From the human T2T-CHM13v2.0 reference genome, Homo sapiens, in assembly GCF_009914755.1 (NCBI RefSeq), contig NC_060936.1: DNA of 64,000 bases. One strand, 5' to 3'. The notes under the pieces are model-generated. The model did not search any database. It was not told where the DNA came from and saw nothing but the letters and a program-made list of their open reading frames with translations. Positions 40,826 to 56,207 of this stretch are shown one piece after another (position 1 is the stretch's first letter; every line of letters begins with the position of its first letter). A program made the translations under genes and the position numbers.

Positions 40826-41904
40826 TTTTTTTAATAAAGAGGCAAGACATTGATTAAATTAATAAAAATACATGCCAACAAGTCAAAGAATGAATTAAAA
40901 GCCACATGGGTGAGAGCTGGCAGAAGCAGAGAGTTGGCATGCAATCAGAGATGGGTGAGGTTCACCAGAGAGCTCTCCCAAAAGAAATGAACTGAAGCAA
41001 ATTTGGAAAGAAAGAAGGTGATGTGTACAGTGAGAAAGGTATTTGGGGAAATATCTGCAAAAGATAATAAAGATCAAACCTCTGAAAGTGAGTTCAAAAC
41101 CTGGCTAGTAAAATTGACTAATCTTTCAAAGAAATAAAAAATTTTAAACTAATTTTATTTCTAATGTAATATCTTCTAACCTAATGAAGATATTTTTAAA
41201 TATTAAATTACATTGAAACTCATTTTCTCCAGTTGAATGAAAGTAGTTTGTTTTTACTAATTTTGATGTTTTTAAGTCCAAAATCAAGTGTGCCCTTAGT
41301 GTCTACTCAGCTGCTATCAACTTTCAGTGTGTCAAGTATTTACATATTCAAGTTCTGCTTATGAAATTGACATACGTTTCCTAGTCCATGGCTCAATTAG
41401 CAAAAAGAAGAACTGTTCTTATGATAAACATTCAACCAGTTTTAATGTTATGACTTAACAATTTAATTTTCTAATAGTTATCAAGTCTAACATTTATAAC
41501 TGTTAAAACACCTTGACATAAAAAGATACATATTATTTATTTTAAATTCCAGTGTTGGCTTTGCCTCAAAAAAAAAGTATATACATTTCATATTAGGAGG
41601 ATGCAATGGATTATCAAAAAAAACCATATGAGAGTCTTAGAGCCATGACCGTGTTTGACACAAGTGTTATATGTCACCAGCATGAACAGAGAGTTGACGG
41701 ATCAATCAATAATTACTAGCAAAGTAAGAACAAGTGATTCTAATGTGAAGGAAAGAAAATGGATGAGAACAGCTGTTGTACAGCAGAGTCTTCCCTTTTG
41801 AGTTACCAGAAAAAATCATAAAAGCCATAGTAAAGCCCAACTGCAGCTACCAATATCTTGCTATCATTTGCAGAGGTAGTTTGAACTTATTAAGTTATGA
41901 CTTC

Positions 41905-42430
41905 AGGTCATTCATTTGTTCCACAAATATTTATGGAGTTCCTATCATGTGCCAAGCTCTGAGTGCACACTGATGAATAAGAGGCTCTCTTTGTGGAGAT
42001 TATGATCTAGGGAGGTATGGGACCTCCTACATAAAATTACTTCAGTGTGACATTCCCCAATCATGCCTCTGTGTCTTCTAATATACTGTCATTTCTCCAC
42101 TGAGGACTGTCTTCCATACATAAACCACATACACAATGTGCAAGGGCACGCCCACAAGCATGCCTTCTTTAACTATTTCCAGTTCCTCAGTCTTCTGTAT
42201 AAATATTACCTACACTAGGAATTTCATTCCTAATTCCCTTGCTTCTGATTTAAATGTTCCATCCTCTGTGCTCCTATATATCCTGTTAATGCCTCTATCA
42301 AAGCATGCATTGTAATGAATAATTTGTTGCTATTGTTACTTATTGTGGGCCTGCCCTATAAAGGCAGAGACCTGGATCTAGCACAATACTTGACACACAA
42401 TAGGTGTCCCATAAATCTTCCTTAGATGGA
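41905..42430. mobile_element. L2 fragments in opposite orientations
   Basis: tcattcatttgttccacaaatatttatggagttcctatcatgtgcca (minus); ctagcacaatacttgacacacaataggtg (plus). Confidence 0.65.
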
Positions 42431-43144
42431 AGAGCAAATGACCTATTGAGAAGCAGTGGTGGCTGATAAGCCAAAAAAGGAAACAATCTTTGACATTGAA
42501 AACATTGGTTTTAGTTTTAAAAGATTTTTATTTGTGAACAAGAAGAAAGGACTATTCATCTCACATTGTCTTAGAAGCTTGGAAACAAATTATATTTAAT
42601 ACTTGAGACTCTTCAGAATGTTATAGCCTGTCCTTCACCAACTCAGCACATTGATTTAACAGAAGTCCAGGAGTACAGTTAGTATTCCTTGTACTGATCT
42701 AGCACATGGCAAGCGTGTGTGCACACACACAAACACATGCTTATAGGGTACAAATCTTCTCCTTAGGTGAATTCACTGGATGTATAAATGCACACAACGT
42801 ATCACACAACAGATGTTCTACTGAGGAATTAAAAATACATAAATAAATCTTTAAATTTCAGAGGGAAAAAATCTATTTTAATAGTTTCCCAAGTATGAAA
42901 TTTTAGCAGATGGTGCTAAATAACTTATCACATCTCTGGGACCTGGCTTATGCCACATCATGTTGGGCCACAGCTGAACAGCCTGGCCTCCTGATTTAAA
43001 CGCAACCAAGCGATATATTTGGCATTTCTGTGACATTGAGTGAGAGGCTTTAATTCATGCCCAAGTTGCTATTACATAACCTGAACCACAAATGAGCTGA
43101 AGAAGTTATGTAGCATTCTGTCACTGTCATTAGAAAAAGTATTA

Positions 43145-43295
43145 GGCCCAGCGCAGAGGCTCACACTTATAATCCCAACACTTTGGGAGGCCAAGGCAAG
43201 AAGATCACTTGAGCCCAGAAGTTTAAGCCTGCAGTTAGGCGTGATCTTGTGACTGCACTCCAGCCTGGGTGACAGAGCAAGACCCAACTGAAAAA
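43145..43295 (+). mobile_element. Monomeric Alu (FRAM-like)
   Basis: cccaacactttgggagg...gcctgcagttag...ctgcactccagcctgggtgacagagcaagaccc. Confidence 0.88.
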
Positions 43296-43410
43296 GAAAA
43301 GAAGAAAAAAAAGAAAAGAAAAAGAAGGAAAGCAGGAAGGCAGGAAAGCAAGAAGGCAGGGAGGCAGGAAGGAAGGCAGGCAGGTGGGCAGGCAGGCAGG
43401 CAGGCAGGCA
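43296..43410. repeat. Alu tail-derived GAAA/GGAA/GGCA repeat
   Basis: A-rich tail grades into aaggaagg then (aggc)n. Confidence 0.9.
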
Positions 43411-44352
43411 AGTTCTAGTGTAGCAACTGCGAGAAGTAAGTTCTGCTTCTCCATCTTCATGGATCCTTTGCAGATTTCAAGTAATTTGGATTTGAATCAT
43501 GAGTCATTAATGTGAAAGGTGCAGAGGAGACTGGGAATGTTTCTCTGTGCAGTTGAAAACTTGTAGGGGAGAGTTCAAAGCTTACAAAGCCTCCAGCAAA
43601 ACTTGAGCAATGGGAAAAGGTGATGAGCTTTCTAATCCTGGGCTTCTCAGTCTATGTTCCAAAGGATCCAAATAGGACTAAGGCACAGCTTATGTCACAC
43701 CCCGGAGTCTGACAACACCCAAACAAACTGATCTGTACTCTGTTCAACGGACAAACCCACTAACCATGCACTTGCAAGTCAGGGCAATGTCAAATTGCTA
43801 TAAAAATGCTACATACTTACTATTTCTGTACTTTTTTTATTGCAGACAGATAACAAATAGTCCAATACTAGTCTGCAGGCCACGTTATGAGTGGCACTGG
43901 TCTGAAACTTTTGGGGTTTTTCTCCCTAATTTTAGGTTTACTACAAGGACCAAGCAAAGAAGTTGAAGGTAATTGATGATGATTTCTTCATAGTTTGTAG
44001 GCAATAGTCAGCTTATTGTACTTAGTCTAATGAATATTGAGAGCAAAAGATAGTTAACAAGGGACTAGCTTGAAAAATAGACTGCTTAGAACCCCTGAAT
44101 GGGCAGTAAAGCAGACCTGCTTGTTTGCAGCAGCAGTGGCCATTTTTAAGGGTATTTATCTAGGAAATTATTAAAGAGGAGAAAACAAAAACATGCAGAT
44201 CCAGTTGAGAAACCATCCTTACCAAGACGTGTGAAAGCTACAAAGATTACATCAGAAGTAAGAGGACATTTATCCTGTCTGCTGTTCGTCCCCTCTCTCT
44301 CTTTTCCTATGCCTTTAGTTTTCTAAATAAGAGGCCATAAAGAATAATTATT

Positions 44353-44664
44353 TAATATGGTTTGGCTCTGTGTCCCCTACCCAAATCTCACCTTGAATTG
44401 TAATAATCCCCACATGTCAAGGCGGGGACCAGGTGGAGATAATTGAATCATGGGGGCAATTTTCCCCATGCTGTTCTCATGATAGTGAGTGAGTTCTCAT
44501 TTGATCTTATGGTTTTATAAGAGGCTTCCTCCTTCGATCGGCACTCATTCTATCTCCTACCGCCCTGTGAAGAGGTGCCTTCCACCAGGATTGTAAGCTT
44601 CCTGAGGCCTCCCCAGCCATGCAGAACTGTGAGACAATTAAACCTCTTAGACCAGACTAATACA
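44353..44664 (+). mobile_element. THE1D-like MaLR solo LTR, small 3' internal deletion
   Basis: atatggtttggctctgtgtcccc...tcctgaggcctccccagccatgc...cagactaataca; TSD ttatt. Confidence 0.92.
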
Positions 44665-45230
44665 TTATTAATTCATAGGACTTAAAGGAATATTTATGAA
44701 GATAATAGATTTAAAGTGTTTTTTCCAGGCTGTGCTAACTCCCCCCTAAAATACCTGGGATGACATAAAAAATGACAAAAGACAAAATTTGTTATATCTC
44801 TATGAACTAAAACTGGCAGCCTGCCACAAGAATCTAATGGGGATTTCTATTCAGTCCAACAACGGGGCTGGATTTTTAAAATTCAGAGCCTACCCATGCT
44901 TCATCTGTTCAAACATAATATCTTAGCCACTTAAGAATCTGAAAAAATAACAAGTAGGAGTTCCCAGCTGATTCTCTAAGTTCTTCCTCCCGTCTCTTTT
45001 CTCTGACTTCTAGACACACAGACCTGTGTTTCCTGCTACTATTTGGGATTTTGAGGCAGCTAAAATCCATCGGCTCTTCTCTCTGCATTATCCTTCAACT
45101 ATTTGGAGACCAATTAGAAGAGAAAAATAGGTGAACGTTCTAGAAATGGATGTACAGAAAGCATTCCAGCCATTTGTTTTTGGAATTGTAGATTTCCAAG
45201 TACTCTTATCTGTAGCAGGAGTTCCCAAAA

Positions 45231-45521
45231 TAAAGTTCATAGAAGAAAGGATATTTTTAAAGATTTTGCAAATAAAGAATTTGGGGAAGAGATGCATTCC
45301 CTATCCCTGGGTGTTCAAAATGCATGTAGTAATTTTGATATTCTGCAGGAAGCAATCATGTTTAAATTTTTCCCCAGGTAAAGTTCATAGAAGAAAGGAT
45401 GTTTTAGAAGATTTTGTGAACAAAGAATTTAGGGAAGAGATCCATAGCCTCTTCCTGGATGTTCAAAGTGCCTGTAACAATTTTGTGATATTCTGCAGAA
45501 AGTAATCATGTTTAAATTTTT
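45231..45521 (+). repeat. 148-bp-period tandem duplication (2 copies), possibly CR1/L3-derived
   Basis: copies start at 45231 and 45379; 19 mismatches plus one 2-nt indel over ~141 nt. Confidence 0.92.
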
Positions 45522-46014
45522 ATCCATCATTGCCTAAGTCCTTTTGCCTGGAAAATAAGTTTCTCACATAACAACTCTTAATACCTTACATAACAAGCAT
45601 TTTTCAGAAAACACATCAAGAAAAGCTTGTTGAGAGAATAAAAAAGTAAGGATAAGTCCTGGTCCCTTTTCTGTGCACAAAGCTGCCCTAGATGAATGCC
45701 TGGCTGATCCTGAGAGGTGGGCAAGGAGAACTGTCCAGCAAGTACTAGTATAATCAAATTATCCTACAGTATGAATCTGAGGAGTGAATTTGTCAAGTAC
45801 CAGAAGTGTCCATGAGGAAAACCTAAGTCAATCCACACACCCTGCCTGATCACAAAGACTGATTTAAAAAAGAGACTTCTCTCTGTTCTAGTATGAATAA
45901 AGAGAAAACAATTTAAAGTCTATAAATTAAGGTCTAAATAGAGGAAAGAAACATCATCTAGAGTACTCCATAGGAGATCATTTTCTAGAAATAATTCTGA
46001 GAGCCAATGTTTTA

Positions 46015-49205
<3,191 letters not shown>

Positions 49206-49374
49206 AGCCAATGTTTTAAATTGTAAAATTTCAGTGAAATACACAATTTCCATCAAATGACAATATAAAACTTACAGTCTAAATATATTTAATAGACCTA
49301 AAATAAATTGAATATCTATCAAAAATAAAACACTCTAGTGTTAACCAAATGTATAATTACATTCTTTTTTGTCT

Positions 49375-49505
49375 TTGGTTTTTGATGTTGTTGTTGTTGT
49401 TGTTTGCACAACACAGTCTTGCTCTGTCACTTAGGCTGGAGTGCAGTAGCACCTTCATAGCTCACTGCTGCCTCAAATTCCTGGGCTCAATCAATCCTTT
49501 TCCAC
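49375..49505 (-). mobile_element. AluJ right-arm fragment with (TTG)n tail
   Basis: gtcttgctctgtcacttaggctggagtgcagt...cctgggctcaatcaatcc. Confidence 0.85.
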
Positions 49506-50194
49506 CTTTTCGTCCAAGCTCAAAAATCTTTCTCAACTGCCGTTAAGATCACACTCACTCCCCAACCTGGATAATAACCAATTAAATGCTTCAAATAATC
49601 TTTCTCTGTCTTTTGACCAGGGCTTCAACTTCCACTTAAAAACCTGAACTTGACACCTTTTTGCTTTCTTAGTGGAGTTAATTAGGGAATAATTTTAGGC
49701 AAAACAAATCCATTGAAACATACAGTGATTATATAGATAGCAAATAGTAAACATTTGCAGAAGACAATGAAATGAAATGTTATACTGCCCACTTGTAGGC
49801 ATAGTTTTAAGCATCTTACAGAGAAATGAAATTGATTGAATTTTTACAAAAGTCTCATGTGATTAACACCTTCAAGAGTAGAGCCATCTTCAGAGAACCC
49901 AGAGTCACGAAGCTCAGAGATTCTCCCCCGGCATTAGGAAGATACCTTTAAATTTAACCCAAAGCTTGCATGGAGTCATCAGAGATCTGCACTTTCTTTC
50001 AAAAGAAATCAGCCAAATTATTTTTCTTTCATTTTTTTTATCTCATCATGAAATGAACATTCAATGCTATATATTCCCTCCCACTAATAAGGCTAAAATT
50101 TAACCAGAAAGATGTAATCATACTTTTCATTTAATAATGTACTTTATGGATATTTCAGACTCAACCTCGACTAAAATTTCTTCTTTTGTATCTT

Positions 50195-50744
50195 TGTGAT
50201 GGTTAATTTTATGTGTCAGCTTAACAAGGCTAAAGGATACTCAGAGAGCAGGTAAAACATTATTTCAGGGTGTGTCTGGGAAAGTGTTTCCAGAAGAGAT
50301 GAGCATTTGAATCAGTAGGCTGAGAAAGGATGCCTTCACCAATGCAGATGAACACCAGCTAGTCCTTTGAGGGCCCTTTTAAGAAGAAAAAAGGCTGAGG
50401 AAGGATGAATTCACCTCTTGGCTTAAGCTGGAACTTCCATCTTCTTCTGCCCTCAGACACCAGTACTTCAGGTTCTCAGGCCTTCAGACTTGGACAGAGA
50501 CTTACATTATTGCCCTCCCTGCCCCCACCACATTCTCAGGCCTTTGGAATCAGTCTGAGACTTACACATTTGGCTCTCCTGGTTCTCAGGCCTTTGGAGT
50601 TGGACTAAATTACACCGCTGGCTTTCCTGGCTCTCCACCTGGCAGATGGTATATCATGGAACTTCTAGGCCTCCATAATCACATAAGCCACATTCTATCA
50701 AAAATTCTTTTGTTCTGTTTCTCCAGAGAACTGTGATTAATACA
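50195..50744 (+). mobile_element. MLT2 (ERVL) solo LTR
   Basis: tgtgatggttaattttatgtgtcagctt...ggttctcaggcctt repeats...tctgtttctccagagaactgtgattaataca. Confidence 0.9.
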
Positions 50745-50762
50745 AACATATAGTCCTTTTTC

Positions 50763-51230
50763 TGTGTAGTAATAGGTATGTATTCTTTCATCTGCCCAGC
50801 ACCCTTCCCTTTTCTGGCACAGACCCACCCATTCCTATTTCCATCTTCCCTCACGCCACTACATGGTTCCCATGAGAACTGCCAATCACAAGAGCCCATC
50901 CACTGTGCAGAGAGGCTGCGTGTGACCTGAGCTGGACCTTCCTGAGTATCTGCAAATTGGGACTTACAAAAACGGGACAATCCTTCTCTGATATCAAGGC
51001 TTAGGATCTGAGTCTGAGAAGGAGGTAACCTTGTGGAGGAGGTCTGTAGGAAAACATGTCGAAAAGAAGTGAAAGTTAAAAGAGAGAGAGACTGGAAGGC
51101 ATGTAAGTCTCTGTTTCCAGTGATCCTGCAGACCCAGTTCTCTCCTTTGCTCTTCCCTTTTGCCTGCACTAAAAGGAGACATTTGAGGTTGCATTTCTGT
51201 TACTTGTATGAAAAGGGTCCTATTTAATAT
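50763..51230 (+). mobile_element. Old MLT1-type LTR
   Basis: gtgacctgagctggacc and terminal tttgaggttgcatttctgttacttgta...ggtcct. Confidence 0.55.
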
Positions 51231-51590
51231 AGATTCTCTCATTATTCCTTTCATTAAGGTTAGACTACGAAGAGGAAATCCCAGCCTAATTCATTTTTCA
51301 TTTGATTAGCATATCTGGACCAAAAAAAAAGTTTAGTTCTAAGAAAATCTGAACCATTGGCCAATTGGTAGTAAGAGCTTCCATCACATCAGAGCTTCCA
51401 TCCAGGCAGATCTTCACATGCAAAAGCTCTCCTTTGCTCTTCTGGCTCCTGAATATAGATGAGCTCACCAACGTGACCTCACTTCAGAGAGCACTCAGAT
51501 GAAAGGAAGTGTGATGTCGGTGAGTCAAGGGCAGAGGCGAGACACCCGCCTCTCAACTCAAGTTTCCAGGCAGAGAAAACCAAAGAGGGG

Positions 51591-51725
51591 GGCCAGGTGC
51601 AGTGGCTTACGCCAGTAATCACAGCACTTTGGGAGGCTGAGGTGGGAGGATCACTTGAGCCCAAGTAGTTTGAAACCAGCCTAGGCAACATAGTGAGACC
51701 CCATCTCTACCAAAAAAAAAAAAAA
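51591..51725 (+). mobile_element. Alu left monomer (FLAM_C-like)
   Basis: ggccaggtgcagtggct...ggcaacatagtgagaccccatctctac plus poly-A. Confidence 0.92.
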
Positions 51726-53375
51726 CTGGGACAAGATTCTAAAACCAGCTCACACTTCAGGCTGGTAACTCATGCTTTTGCTGCCTGTGGAAGTTCAGCC
51801 TTGAGGCCCTGAAGCTGACTCCACAAACAGCTCAGCTGCTCCCCTACAGTGCTCATTGCTTTATGCTGCAATAACAGCCACTCCTTTCTCTGGTTTGGGT
51901 CCAACAAACAATCCTTCCCTTCTCCTCTAATACCAACCTCTCTGTAGTGAGCTCATGTCCTCCCTCTCTCTTCCTCTCCCTCTGACTCATGGTGCTCAAA
52001 GCTTTAAGAAATAAAAACCTGTTGGACCAGCCAGACTGGAATCATCAACTTCAAATGGGCCAGCCCTTCCGTGAAAGGGAATCTCACTTTCATTGTTAGC
52101 ACCAAGGCTCTGAATTACTTAACCTGGTCATGAAAAGCCCCAAACCCAATTCTTTCTTTCACCAGTTAAAAACAATAGTTGTTATATGTCTTTAAAAGGA
52201 AAAGAAAATACACCTTTAGTAAAACAAAATTACCCTGGTATTTCCACATCTCAAAAGCGACGTCATTCATGTAGTTTTAAAACTAAGCAATGAAGTGATT
52301 CCTTCTTCCCTGTAGTGTTTTTAAACATAGTTTTGTTTTGTTTTTTGGCTTTGGCTATGAAACAAAATATTTTAAGGGAGCCAAATTCAGAAATATAAGA
52401 GCCGTCAGCAGAAGGGATTTAAACACAATCATCTTGAAACTTGAAGCACCAAGCATAAAACCTGTATATTTTATTTTTTCAATAAATATTTACAGAATTT
52501 ATCATAAAGTGGTTTTCCAGTGGAGAAATAAGGATGAGAAATAAAAATGTGTTACCAAATATTTGTGGTATAAAGGAGTCACTGTTGTCCAAACCAAAAA
52601 ACAATTCGCTAGATCTCTAATCTCTCAGAATTTTTAAATAAAAACCCGGATTTTTAATCACTTTGCTGAAAAATAAAATCTTTATCTTAGGTATCAGGGC
52701 AAATAAAAGCATTTTGGGGGGTGGGGGGGGCTGTCTCTGTCCTCTGTAAGCAGGACCTTTAAAATTGAGTTGATATGTTATTACCTCGCTCTCCCAGACC
52801 AAAGATGATTTCATCAAACAATTCTTGACAGACTCAGGTGAAGTTTATTTTGCTTCTGACCCAGTGGTGATGTTCCTGTGAGATCTTGGTACATATAGTT
52901 CTTATGATAAATATCTTTAGATTTGTGCAGGAGAGCAGAAGAAAAGAATTTGTTGAGGCAAAATTCCTTGATTTGAATTTGAACCTGCACTCATCATTAG
53001 GCAGTCTATAAAACAAGGTGCAATCAAATAAATTGAGCATAGCAATATTTTTTCAGCATTATTGTCCTAACTGGCCAGCGAGCTTTGTGGATGGTTTTAA
53101 GTGGTTTGGCTGGTCTTTTCTGTAGAGTAGTTATCCATGAAGAGATGATTAGCTTTCAATTACATGTAATGAATGCTCACTTGGGTTTCTTTGCACAACC
53201 CCCTTTTCTTCCCCTATATTCAACCTCTGGGATAATGAACTCTCTATAAACTATCCCAGTACTCAACTAAAAAAAATCATGACAAGGAAATACAATCATA
53301 TGGCTAGCTCTGTTGGTATTTGGTGAGTTCTTGGGAAAATCATTTTCGCTAAATATTATTGAAAATGCCCTGGCA

Positions 53376-53614
53376 TAAAGCTTGTAATTGGATTGTTTGT
53401 AACTCAAAGGACAAATGCTTGAAGAGATGGATACCCCATTCCCCATAATGTGGTTATTTTACATTGCATGCCTATATCAAAACATCTTATGTACCCCATA
53501 AACATATATACCTACTATGTACCCATAAAAATTTTTAAAAATTGAAAAAAAAATTAAAGAACAAAAAACATCAGACAATTTAAAAAGAAAAATTTTTAAA
53601 AAAAGAAAAGAAAA
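53376..53614 (+). mobile_element. L1MA1-3-like 3' end
   Basis: ggattgtttgtaactcaaagga...gatggatacccc...cctactatgtacccataaaaatt; TSD gaaaat(g/t)ccctggca at 53361-53375 and 53615-53629. Confidence 0.9.
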
Positions 53615-53756
53615 GAAAATTCCCTGGCAAATTCCAGCCAAAGAAAGATCTAGAAAAAGCTATGGTTTACTACATATTTAAGCTCCTAAATAAAGATGTA
53701 GAAATGTAACCCCAGCCTACTGAGGGTTAGGTCTTCCTGTATTTTGAAATGAGAGA

Positions 53757-54050
53757 GGCCAGGCATGGTGGCTGTAATCTCAACACTTTGGGAGGCCGAG
53801 GCAGGAGGATCTTTTGAGCCCAGGAGTCCAAGACCATCCTGCACAACATGATGAGACCTCATCTCTACAAAAAATATTTTTAAAACTTAGCTGGGCGTGT
53901 CAGCACATGCCTGTGGTCCCAGACACTCAGAGGCTGAGGTGGGAGAATTGCTTGAGCCCAGGAAGTCAAGGTTGCAGTGAGCAGTGTTCACACCACTGCA
54001 CTCCAGCCTAGGTGACAGAGCAAGACCTTGTCTCTAAAGACAAATAAATC
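53757..54050 (+). mobile_element. AluJ
   Basis: dimeric Alu with gagcccagga in both arms, gaccttgtctc. Confidence 0.93.
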
Positions 54051-55184
54051 AATGAAAGAGAGGCAGTGAGTTCTTTAATCATCTTTACATTTTACTTTAA
54101 AATTCACTGGCATGGTCCTTCCTGAGATTGATTCACTTCTGATAATGCTTCTTGTAAAGAAAAGCCAAGTAAAATCAAAATTGAGAATAAGATATATTAA
54201 TGAACTGAAGTAAGTTTGCACAGCTACACAATGACAGAGAAGGGATTTTTAAACCCAAGTCTTTCTGATCCCAGAACCTACATGTGATTTTGCTACTTTG
54301 CCTCTTATGAGATAATGTGGATCTGATGCATACACAAGATCTCCAAATGTTTTTTAGCCCCTTTGATTTCTTTTTAAGGATAGTGAGCATTTGCATAGGC
54401 ACTGCTGAGTGTTTTTGTCAAGGACATAGTACAATCCATTAAGAGAATCCAAGCAAATGAATTTCCAATCTGTCTTCGGTCATTCAGTTCTCTATTCTCC
54501 CTATCAATCTAAAGCAGCAAAATCTGATCATTCTTTCTATTCGCCTCTGGAATGTGTTTTTTGTATTTTGAAAATGAGTGCTTCTCATGTTCCAGTAATT
54601 CACACCAACTCAAATGTTTTAAACGAAGCCAGACTGTGAAGGAATTTGAGAGGAAGTAGAAAACTGCCAATGATTGCTCCCAACTCATCCCTGCTCACTC
54701 CATTCCATGCACAGCTGGCCTGAACATAAAGCACCATCCCAAATTTAGTATAAAATTCATTCTAAAGACTCTTTCATGTCATATCATCATCTAGCTGGAT
54801 AACAATATGGGCTTTTAATTCCCTTTTCTAAAATTTTACACTATCCAAAAATTAAATCAAAATGTTTCTTCAGAATCTCCTGGTCTCTTTTTTAATTTGA
54901 TGAAGCTAGCAGCTTGCATCCACTTACCAAAGTGACAAAAACAAGATGAAAAATGAATCTAACTGCTATTTATATACAGCATCACAACATGAGCTGTGTT
55001 TTCTAAGTCGGCTGAAAGGGGTGCAATCTTGTTGAGCATGGCCAGCTGCTTTCAAATTTCTTGATAAAAGTTTTCTTCAGGTGATTATCTGTCTTTTGAA
55101 GAGAAGGAGCATACTTCAATGCCAATATAGTGTTAACTTAAAATATTTACATGTAACACTCTAAGAGGTTACAATAGTTAACAA

Positions 55185-55790
55185 AGGAACACTACACAAC
55201 AATAAAAAGGAGCTAACTACTGATACACACAATAGCACAGAAGAATCTCACAGACATTAAGTTGAGTGAAAGACATGGACTGGGGCCTGAAAAGGGTGGG
55301 ATTGGGGGGAGGGCGAGCATCAGAAAGAGTAGCTAATGCATGCGGGGCTTAATACCTAAGTGATGGGTTGATCTGTGCAGCAAACCACCATGGCACACAT
55401 TTACCTATGTAACAAACCTGCACATCCTGCACATGTACCCCTGAACTTAAAATAAAAATTGAAGATTTAAAAAAAACATTGAGTGAAAGAAGCCAGACAC
55501 CAAAGAATATGTACAGCGTGATTCCATTTAAATGAGCTCTTTCACAGAACTCAAAACTGGTTAACTGGTTATCATAGTGTGGAGGCTAGGAGGGATATTG
55601 TCAGGGAAGGGATTGAAGGAAGCTTTGGTGCTGGAAGTGTTCTGTATCTCTATCTGGGTCCTGGTTACATGGAATATATATAACATATATTATATATATA
55701 ATTTATATATACATAAAGTCATTGAGCTAAGTACTTTAGATTGGTGCTCTTTAAGGCCTTTACTCAATGTACTTTATATTTATACATGAG
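55185..55790 (+). mobile_element. L1ME-type 3' fragment, split by L1PA
   Basis: gaatctcacagacatt...ttgagtgaaagaagccagacac...tgattccattt, gtatctctatctggg. Confidence 0.7.
55274..55476 (+). mobile_element. 5'-truncated L1PA 3' end
   Basis: gcagcaaaccaccatggcacacatttacctatgtaacaaacctgcac; TSD ttgagtgaaaga at 55262-55273 and 55479-55490. Confidence 0.92.
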
Positions 55791-55915
55791 TGAAAATATT
55801 TTCTAAAAAGTTCAGCCTAGTAATATATCAGAAAAAAAGATGAAATGACTCATGCATTGAACTTTACTGACAACTTTGTTTTTTTGTGTTACAGAAACTT
55901 CTTTAAATGATACTT

Positions 55916-56207
55916 ACAGACCTGCAATTCCTTATCTGCAGTTATGAAATCCATAAACAAAAAGCTTGAAAACCAACAATTTTCCAACGGACATGAGGTT
56001 ATTTAACTTATTCCACATTCTACCTAGTACAAATATTCACATGTCTCACTATGGAAATATTAATCTTTAATTCTTGGGTATTGTTCATACCTTCATAGTG
56101 GTGCTACATAACATATAGTACATGTACATTATTATCTTTGTGACATTCAGAAGTGTTCCAAATTTCCAAATGCATCTAGTCCAATGGTTTAAGATAAGGA
56201 TATTGTA
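55916..56207. mobile_element. Tigger-family MITE (MER46C-like)
   Basis: ta-cagacctgcaattccttatctg ... aagataaggatattgta degenerate TIRs with TA flanks. Confidence 0.55.

Noticed and set aside
50654-51169. Longest ORF (171 aa, minus strand)
   Set aside because: It lies across MLT2 and MLT1-type LTR sequence, starts at a non-ATG codon and resembles no protein I recognise.
52716-52731. G6-T-G8 run as a G-quadruplex
   Set aside because: Too short for four G3 tracts with loops; treated as a simple homopolymer.
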